From IMG/VR virus record IMGVR_UViG_2622736406_000002: 23,872 nt of DNA; one strand, 5' to 3'. Numbering within the stretch: position 1 is the stretch's first letter; the number at the start of each line of letters is the position of its first letter. Made by a program: the position numbers and the translations under genes. The DNA is from an uncultured virus (IMG/VR IMGVR_UViG_2622736406_000002). Its lineage: Duplodnaviria; Heunggongvirae; Uroviricota; Caudoviricetes. Shown here piece by piece: positions 18,223-23,872 of this stretch. The notes beneath the pieces were generated by a model, which saw only the letters and a program-made list of their open reading frames with translations, was not told the DNA's origin and ran no database searches.

Positions 18223-18518
18223 TGGCGTACCTCCTTGTGCAGTTTACGGCGGCTTTTCCTGGAAAGCCAGCAGGCATCGTGGTTTCGGATTTGGCTGAGA
18301 CAGCCGGAAAGCGTGGCCCCGTGGCCATGCTCGTGATAGGGTGTTCCCCTGTGATGGGTGTGGTAGATCAGACAACTTCTGAAATGCGGGTACTCCTGCA
18401 GCAGGATGTGCCAGCAGTGTCTGGTGTTTTTTGACTGGATCGTAAGGGTGCATCCGCCGGACGCGATGACGGAAAAGTACCCGGCATCAATGTTTTTCAA
18501 TTCCTTCGCAGCAAACAT
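18219..18518 (-). CDS. His/Cys-rich hypothetical protein (99 aa) coupled to the SymE-like gene
   Basis: SD aaggagg before ATG at 18518. ATGA overlap with symE. Contains QSKNTRHCW, YHTHH, YHEHGH, IRNHD. Confidence 0.75.
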   Translation of the reverse strand: MFAAKELKNIDAGYFSVIASGGCTLTIQSKNTRHCWHILLQEYPHFRSCLIYHTHHRGTPYHEHGHGATLSGCLSQIRNHDACWLSRKSRRKLHKEVRQ

Positions 18519-18523
18519 TTTTG

Positions 18524-18632
18524 ACCTCCTTCCTGCGGTTTTTGTGATTGTATCTATCACTCTGCCCGGCAGGAATAGCAACCTAATTCTGTGCTATAAA
18601 CTGCACAAATCTTTATCCGCAGGATTGTGCAG
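18524..18632 (-). promoter_or_regulatory. Repeated accessory-gene upstream element, copy C
   Basis: Perfect 8-bp IR ctgcacaa 18601-18608 / ttgtgcag 18625-18632. Minus-strand TTGCTA (18581-18576), N12, AGAGTGAT (18563-18556), aaaaaccg, SD. Confidence 0.75.
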
Positions 18633-18661
18633 GAAGACACTTTATATAGAAACCTACAGAT

Positions 18662-18687
18662 GGGTGCTCTGACAGGGCGTCCTTTTT
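18662..18687 (+). terminator. Weak hairpin with T-tract before holin
   Basis: gggtgctct-gac-agggcgtcc (G-U rich) followed by ttttt. Confidence 0.4.
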
Positions 18688-18713
18688 CATTCGGGAAAGA
18701 GAGGGATTTCATT

Positions 18714-19136
18714 ATGAAAGAATTCTGGAACACCATCCAATTTATCTTTACCGCTGTGGGCGGCTGGCTTGGGTACTTCCTTGGCGGCTGTGACGGCCTG
18801 CTTTATGCGCTCATTGCCTTTGTGGCGATCGACTACATCACGGGTGTGATGTGCGCCGTCATCGACAGGAAGTTATCCAGCGCGGTCGGCTTTAAGGGGA
18901 TCTTCCGCAAGGTGCTGATCTTCCTGCTGGTCGGCATTGCCAACATCATCGATGTGCAGGTGGTCGGCACCGGGGCGGTCTTACGGACAGCAGTGATCTT
19001 TTTCTACATCTCCAATGAAGGCGTGAGCCTACTGGAGAATGCAGGGCATCTGGGGCTTCCCATCCCGGAAAGGGTCAAAACGGTATTAGAGCAGCTCCAT
19101 GACAGAGCAGAAAACGGAAAGGAAGGTAATGAATAA
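18714..19136 (+). CDS. Phage holin
   Basis: Several hydrophobic segments, DYITG, NEGVSLLENA..LGLPIP; immediately before the lysin. Confidence 0.92.
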   Translation: MKEFWNTIQFIFTAVGGWLGYFLGGCDGLLYALIAFVAIDYITGVMCAVIDRKLSSAVGFKGIFRKVLIFLLVGIANIIDVQVVGTGAVLRTAVIFFYISNEGVSLLENAGHLGLPIPERVKTVLEQLHDRAENGKEGNE

Positions 19137-20076
19137 TGGCTTACACAAACAGTTCACTGGTATCTTATACAACTTAAGTCCGAACCACTCCGGGCAGAGG
19201 ACGCATTCCATTGACCGGATCACGCCCCACTGTGTGGTGGGGCAGCTCTCCGCAGAGAGTATCTGCGGATGCTTTACCAGCCCTTCCAGAGAGGCCAGCT
19301 GTAACTACGGCATCGGAAAGGACGGGAAGATCGCCCTTTGTGTGGAGGAGAAGAACCGTTCCTGGTGCTCTTCCAGCAACACCAACGACCAGAGGGCAGT
19401 TACTATCGAGTGCGCATCGGATAAGACGCATCCATACGCTATGAATGATGCGGTCTATCAGTCCCTGATCAGGTTGTGCGTGGATATCTGCAAACGGAAC
19501 GGGAAGAAGAAGCTTCTCTGGCTGGGGGATAAGAATAAGACGCTGAACTATTCCCCGAAGTCGGATGAGATGGTGCTGACTGTCCACAGGTGGTTTGCCA
19601 ATAAATCCTGTCCGGGAGACTGGCTGTATGGGAGACTTGGCGACCTTGCGGCAAAGGTCACAGCACAGCTTGGAGAAATGGCTGCTGACAGCAGCGGGAC
19701 GCTGTACCGGGTGCAGACAGGAGCTTTTTCCAAGAAATCGAATGCTGACGCCCTGGAAGAGAAACTCAAAGCCAGAGGTTTTGATACCTGCATGGTGCAA
19801 AACGGCGGGCTTTACAAGGTACAGGTCGGCGCATACAGCATCAGGGCAAACGCCGAGACAATGATGGAAAAGGTTAAGGCGGCCGGATTTGACGCTTTCA
19901 TTACGACCGTATCTGGGTCAGCTGTATCTTCTTCCAATGCTAAGTCCATTGACACTCTTGCCAGGGAGGTGATTCGCGGCGATTGGGGAAATGGCGCGGA
20001 AAGAAAGCAAAGGCTGTCGGCCGCAGGATATGACTATGCGGCGGTGCAGCAGAGAGTAAATGAGTTGTTGTCATAA
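19136..20076 (+). pseudogene. Endolysin (N-acetylmuramoyl-L-alanine amidase + SPOR + Cpl-7 repeat) with apparent 1-nt frameshift near 19172; alternative in-frame ATG at 19129
   Basis: ITPHC, ASCNY, TIEC, VHRWF..KSCPG; two YRVQxGA SPOR repeats; AREVIRGDWGNG..R Cpl-7. The TAATG-coupled start at 19136 reads MAYTNSSLVSYTT* and is out of frame with LSPNHSG. Confidence 0.8.
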
Positions 20077-20087
20077 CAGGAACGAAA

Positions 20088-20137
20088 CGGCCTGCGGGTA
20101 TCTCTTCGGGAAACCTGCAGGCCGCTTTTTTCTTTTT
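20088..20137 (+). terminator. Intrinsic terminator of the late/lysis operon
   Basis: cggcctgcgggt...acctgcaggccg stem followed by cttttttcttttt. Confidence 0.88.
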
Positions 20138-20204
20138 CGGCCAATTCTTCCAATGCTGTCCAGATAGGTAATTGAGGAATTCTCTCAGATTGGAGGAAAA
20201 CACA

Positions 20205-20465
20205 ATGATTCTATCTACCGGATCAGATATAACACACACTGCTGCGCTTGAAGGCATAAGCACAGAGCATCTTTTCACACCTGAACAATTCCAACAGGAT
20301 GTGGACTATTATAGAGCCCAGTGCATTACAAAATCACTGCTGGATTCTGGACTTATTTCCTTGTCGCAATTTAACAAATTAACCGCATTAAATCGGAAAT
20401 CTTTCTCTCCTTTCCTCGCCGAAATCATGCCAGAACCCGTTGATATCACCTCCATTCAGAGGTAA
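20205..20465 (+). CDS. Small SHOCT-like protein preceding the recombinases
   Basis: SD ggagg before ATG 20205. LLDSGLISLSQFNKL pattern. Confidence 0.65.
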   Translation: MILSTGSDITHTAALEGISTEHLFTPEQFQQDVDYYRAQCITKSLLDSGLISLSQFNKLTALNRKSFSPFLAEIMPEPVDITSIQR

Positions 20466-20490
20466 TATGTCACACTACCGAAGGGAGGTG
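20440..20490 (+). promoter_or_regulatory. Putative recombinase promoter (variant of the repeated element)
   Basis: TTGATA 20440-20445, N12, AGAGGTAAT, then ACTACCGAA 20474-20482 and SD ggaggtg. Also reads as TTGATA-17 nt-TAATAT. Confidence 0.6.
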
Positions 20491-20495
20491 AAAAC

Positions 20496-22408
20496 GTGAA
20501 AAAGATTACAAAAATCAGCAGCGATAAGCCTAAGCAGAATGCAAAGAAGCTTCGTGTAGCGGCCTACTGCCGTGTCTCCACGGATAATGATGCTCAGCTT
20601 GAAAGTCTTGAAGCACAAAAAAAACATTATGAGGATTACATCTCTAACCGTGAGGATTGGACATTTGCAGGATTATATTTCGATAAGGGTATCACCGGCA
20701 CGAAGAAAGAAAAGCGGCCGGAATTACTGCGGATGATTGCGGACTGCAAAGCAGGTAAAATCGATTTTGTCGTAACAAAATCCATCAGCCGTTTTGCAAG
20801 AAATACCACCGACTGCCTGGAATTGGTTCGCAAACTTTTGGAATTGGACATTCCTATTTATTTCGAGAAGGAAAATCTGAATACCAGTGCAATGGAAAGT
20901 GAATTATTCCTGTCTATCCTGAGCAGCATGGCCGAGGGCGAGTCCTCCTCCATTTCTGAAAATAACAAATGGGCCATTCAGAAACGANNNNNNNNNNNNN
21001 NNNNNNNNNNNNNNNNNNNNNNNNNNNNNNNNNNNNNNNNNNNNNNNNNNNNNNNNNNNNNNNNNNNNNNNNNNNNNNNNNNNNNNNNNNNNNNNNNNNN
21101 NNNNNNNNNNNNNNNNNNNNNNNNNNNNNNNNNNNNNNNNNNNNNNNNNNNNNNNNNNNNNNNNNNNNNNNNNNNNNNNNNNNNNNNNNNNNNNNNNNNN
21201 NNNNNNNNNNNNNNNNNNNNNNNNNNNNNNNNNNNNNNNNNNNNNNNNNNNNNNNNNNNNNNNNNNNNNNNNNNNNNNNNNNNNNNNNNNNNNNNNNNNC
21301 CTCCTCCATTTCTGAAAATAACAAATGGGCCATTCAGAAACGATTCAAAAACGGCACCTTCAAGATCAGCTATCCGCCCTACGGATATGACTGGAACGGG
21401 AAACAAATGGTTGTAAATCCGGAGCAGGCCAAGATTGTAGAATGGATTTTCTCCCAGATTCTTTCAGGAAAAGGAACTCTGGCCGTCGCAAACGAACTGA
21501 ATAAGAAAGGTGTGCCCACGAAAAAAGGCGGACGCTGGACAGCTTCGACCGTGCGCGGTATGCTCGCCAACGAAAAATATACCGGCGATGTCATTTTTCA
21601 AAAGACCTACACAGATTCTCAGTTTAATCGTCATACGAACTATGGAGAAAGAGATCGCTATGCCCTTGCCGGCCACCACGAAGCCATCATCAGCCGTGAA
21701 GATTTTGACGCTGCAGCCATCCTGATCCAGCAACGGGGCCGTGAGAAGGGCATCGTAAAGGGCAAGAATAAATACCAGAATCGCTACTGCTTTTCTGGAA
21801 AAATCTTTTGCGGCGAATGTGGGGATACGTTCAAACGGCGAATACACACCTGCAGCAATTACAAGTATGCCGCTTGGTGCTGCAATACACATATTGAGGA
21901 TAAAAACCACTGCTCTATGAAATTTATCCGGGATGATAATCTAAAGGCAGCCTTTGTGACAATGATCAACAAACTGATCTTCGGACGACGGTTAATTCTC
22001 AAACCCTACTTAGAAGCATTAAAAGGCTCCAACAAGGACAATTCCCTGCGAAGGATCCAGGAAATTCAAAGTCTTTTGCTGGAAAATTCAGAGTAGCGCG
22101 AAACCCTTGCAAAGCTGATGGCCCAAGGCTATATCGATCAGATTCTCTATAATGAAGAAAACAACTTGCTTTTAGCACAGGCCGATCAATATAAAACGGA
22201 GATTTCCGCTTTAAACAAAAGCATCTCTGGCGATGCCACACTCGTTAAATCTACCCTCGATCTGCTGCGCTTTGCGGAGAAAGGTGTGATGTTGGATGCG
22301 TTCGACGAAGCATTGTTTGAAAACGTGGTAACTCGCATTCGGGTACTCTCCCGACAGAAGATCGTCTTTGAACTGAAGTGTGGACTTACCCTAACGGAAA
22401 GGATGTGA
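20496..22408 (+). pseudogene. Large serine recombinase 1 (about 518 aa after removing the false gap) with in-frame TAG at 22094-22096
   Basis: [26 protein letters not shown], zinc ribbon CGECG. The frame continues past TAG (ENSE*RETLAKLMAQGYID) to FELKCGLTLTERM*. Confidence 0.88.
20988..21299. other. False assembly gap: flanks overlap by 44 nt
   Basis: 20944-20987 is identical to 21300-21343. Confidence 0.95.
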
Positions 22409-22412
22409 TGGA

Positions 22413-22829
22413 ATGGGACACACACCATACGGATATCGGATAGAAAACGGGGTTGCTGTCATTGATGAGGCGGCTGCCGGAAGGCTGCGAAAACTCTATA
22501 AGAATTATCTTTCCGGTATGGGACTGCAAATGGCTGCGGCAGAAGCTGGCATTCAAACATACCACGGAACTGCCAAACGGCTGCTGATGACACAACACTA
22601 CCTTGGAGATGATTTCTATCCGGCGATCATTGATGAAGAGACCTATCATAAAGCACAGGAGGAGCTTATAACGCGTGCGGCTGCCCTCGGCAGACTGAAC
22701 AGAACCACTAAGCAAAAGCCCATCAAAACTCCAACTCTTTTTACTATCCGGGATATTGAAAAGCATTTTGATAACCCGGCAGCACAGGCTGAATACCTTT
22801 ACAGCCTGATTGATTGTGAGGTGGGCTGA
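22413..22829 (+). CDS. Short recombinase-domain protein (no catalytic domain)
   Basis: [27 protein letters not shown] resemble the recombinase DNA-binding domain; no YxRVS motif. Confidence 0.8.
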   Translation: MGHTPYGYRIENGVAVIDEAAAGRLRKLYKNYLSGMGLQMAAAEAGIQTYHGTAKRLLMTQHYLGDDFYPAIIDEETYHKAQEELITRAAALGRLNRTTKQKPIKTPTLFTIRDIEKHFDNPAAQAEYLYSLIDCEVG

Positions 22830-23794
22830 TGGGAAATGTAATGGTCATCCCTGCAAGAAGACAGGTCGGCAATAATGTCAAAAGATCTGAGAAGCCAAAA
22901 CTCCGAGTCGCAGCGTACTGCCGCGTCAGTACTGACAGCGATGAGCAGGCTATCAGCTACGATGCACAGATCGAGCATTACACAGAATATATTTCAAAGA
23001 ATCCCGACTGGACTCTGGCTGGCATATTTGCGGATGATGGAATCACTGGCACTAACACGAAAAAACGTGAAGAATTTAACCGTATGATTGACGAATGTAT
23101 GGCTGGGAACATCGACATGATTATTACGAAGTCAATCAGCCGTTTTGCCCGGAATACATTAGATTGTCTAAAGTATATTCGGCAGCTCAAAGAGAAGAAT
23201 ATTCCGGTTTTCTTTGAAAAAGAGTCCATAAACACAATGGACGCAAAGGGCGAGGTGCTTCTGACCATTATGGCTTCCCTTGCCCAGCAAGAAAGCCAGA
23301 GCCTTTCTCAGAATGTTAAACTTGGCCTGCAGTACCGTTACCAGCAGGGACATGTACAGGTCAATCATAACCGCTTCCTCGGCTACACCAAGGATGCTGA
23401 CGGGCATCTGGTCATTGATCAGGATCAGGCTGAGATCGTCCGGCGCATTTACCGAGAGTATCTGGAAGGCTCCAGCATGGATAAAATTGCTGCAGGCCTG
23501 GAAGCGGACGGCATCCTGACCGGCGCTGGAAAAACAAAATGGCATACCAGCACCATCAACAAGATTCTCCGCAATGAAAAGTATATCGGCGATGCGCTTC
23601 TGCAAAAGACCTATACCACAGACTTTCTGACTAAAAAGCGCATCAAGAATAACGGCATCGTTCCACAGTACTATGTGGAGGGCGACCATGAAGCAATTAT
23701 TCCAAAGGACATCTTTTTACTGGTGCAGGAAGAGCTGGTCCGCAGGCGGCGAGTCCACACCAGCAAAAGCGGCAAGCGCCATTGCTACTCCTGC
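22829..23794 (+). pseudogene. Large serine recombinase 3, truncated before the zinc ribbon; ORF runs on to 23872 through foreign sequence
   Basis: [30 protein letters not shown]. Recombinase-like sequence ends at KRHCYSC. Confidence 0.85.
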
Positions 23795-23872
23795 TTTGAG
23801 ACAGAGGATCAGAAAGAGGGCATGGCAGCCTTCCTTGAAAAGAGAAAAGAGAAACAGTTTAAGAACCGTTAA
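23789..23872 (+). pseudogene. crt: 3' end of a crotonase / enoyl-CoA hydratase gene fused in frame
   Basis: [27 protein letters not shown] matches the clostridial crotonase C-terminus (CFxTEDQKxxMxAFxEKR...FKNR). Confidence 0.82.

Larger units (their letters stand above)
1..23794 (+). mobile_element. Prophage (siphovirus-like, HK97-type head, serine-recombinase integration module), left end outside window, probably defective
   Basis: Co-oriented, canonically ordered helicase, terminase, portal, protease, capsid, head-tail, tail, tape measure, holin, lysin and recombinase genes. Confidence 0.95.

Noticed and set aside
17869..18336. 155-aa plus-strand ORF after the tail gene
   Set aside because: Antisense to the SymE-like gene, which has the motif, SD and operon support.
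18480..18660. LexA/SOS box upstream of the SymE cassette
   Set aside because: No GAAC-N4-GTTC seen; the IR present is a different sequence.
15629..18700. Diversity-generating retroelement or invertible tail-fibre locus
   Set aside because: No reverse transcriptase, template/variable repeat pair or inverted tail cassettes visible; gaps limit certainty.
20944..21343. 44-bp direct repeat as att site or target-site duplication
   Set aside because: Sits exactly at both contig ends and merges into an intact frame, typical of unmerged contig overlap.
22094..22096. TAG-to-Gln recoding (genetic code 15)
   Set aside because: Only one in-frame TAG among many long genes, and the MerR gene ends plausibly at TAG; a point mutation or error is simpler.
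1..23872. CRISPR array, tRNA or rRNA
   Set aside because: No regularly spaced repeat-spacer pattern or RNA gene signatures seen.

Overview
The window is almost entirely a temperate siphovirus-like (HK97-fold) prophage, probably of a Clostridia/Lachnospiraceae-type host (inference), on a scaffold with six N-gaps whose sizes are unreliable. Order on the + strand: SNF2 helicase end, terminase small-subunit end (missed by the ORF track), compact SAM synthetase translationally coupled to a ParB-domain DNA methyltransferase, three small accessory genes, terminase large subunit, an inserted Mta/TipA-like MerR regulator with its own 19-bp-spacer promoter, portal, ClpP protease, capsid, head-tail and tail genes, a minus-strand two-gene cassette (His-rich ORF plus SymE-like toxin), holin, amidase endolysin, and a SHOCT-like gene plus three serine-recombinase-family genes. 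The least explained feature is a dispersed regulatory element: an inverted repeat about 19 nt upstream of TTG(C/A)TA-N12-AGAGTGAT. It lies in front of three unrelated accessory units, with a variant before the integrase. The prophage looks decayed or error-laden: 1-nt frameshifts in the major tail and endolysin genes, a nonsense codon in recombinase 1, and recombinase 3 fused in frame to the 3' end of a crotonase-like gene. All family calls are from motif recognition, not database searches.
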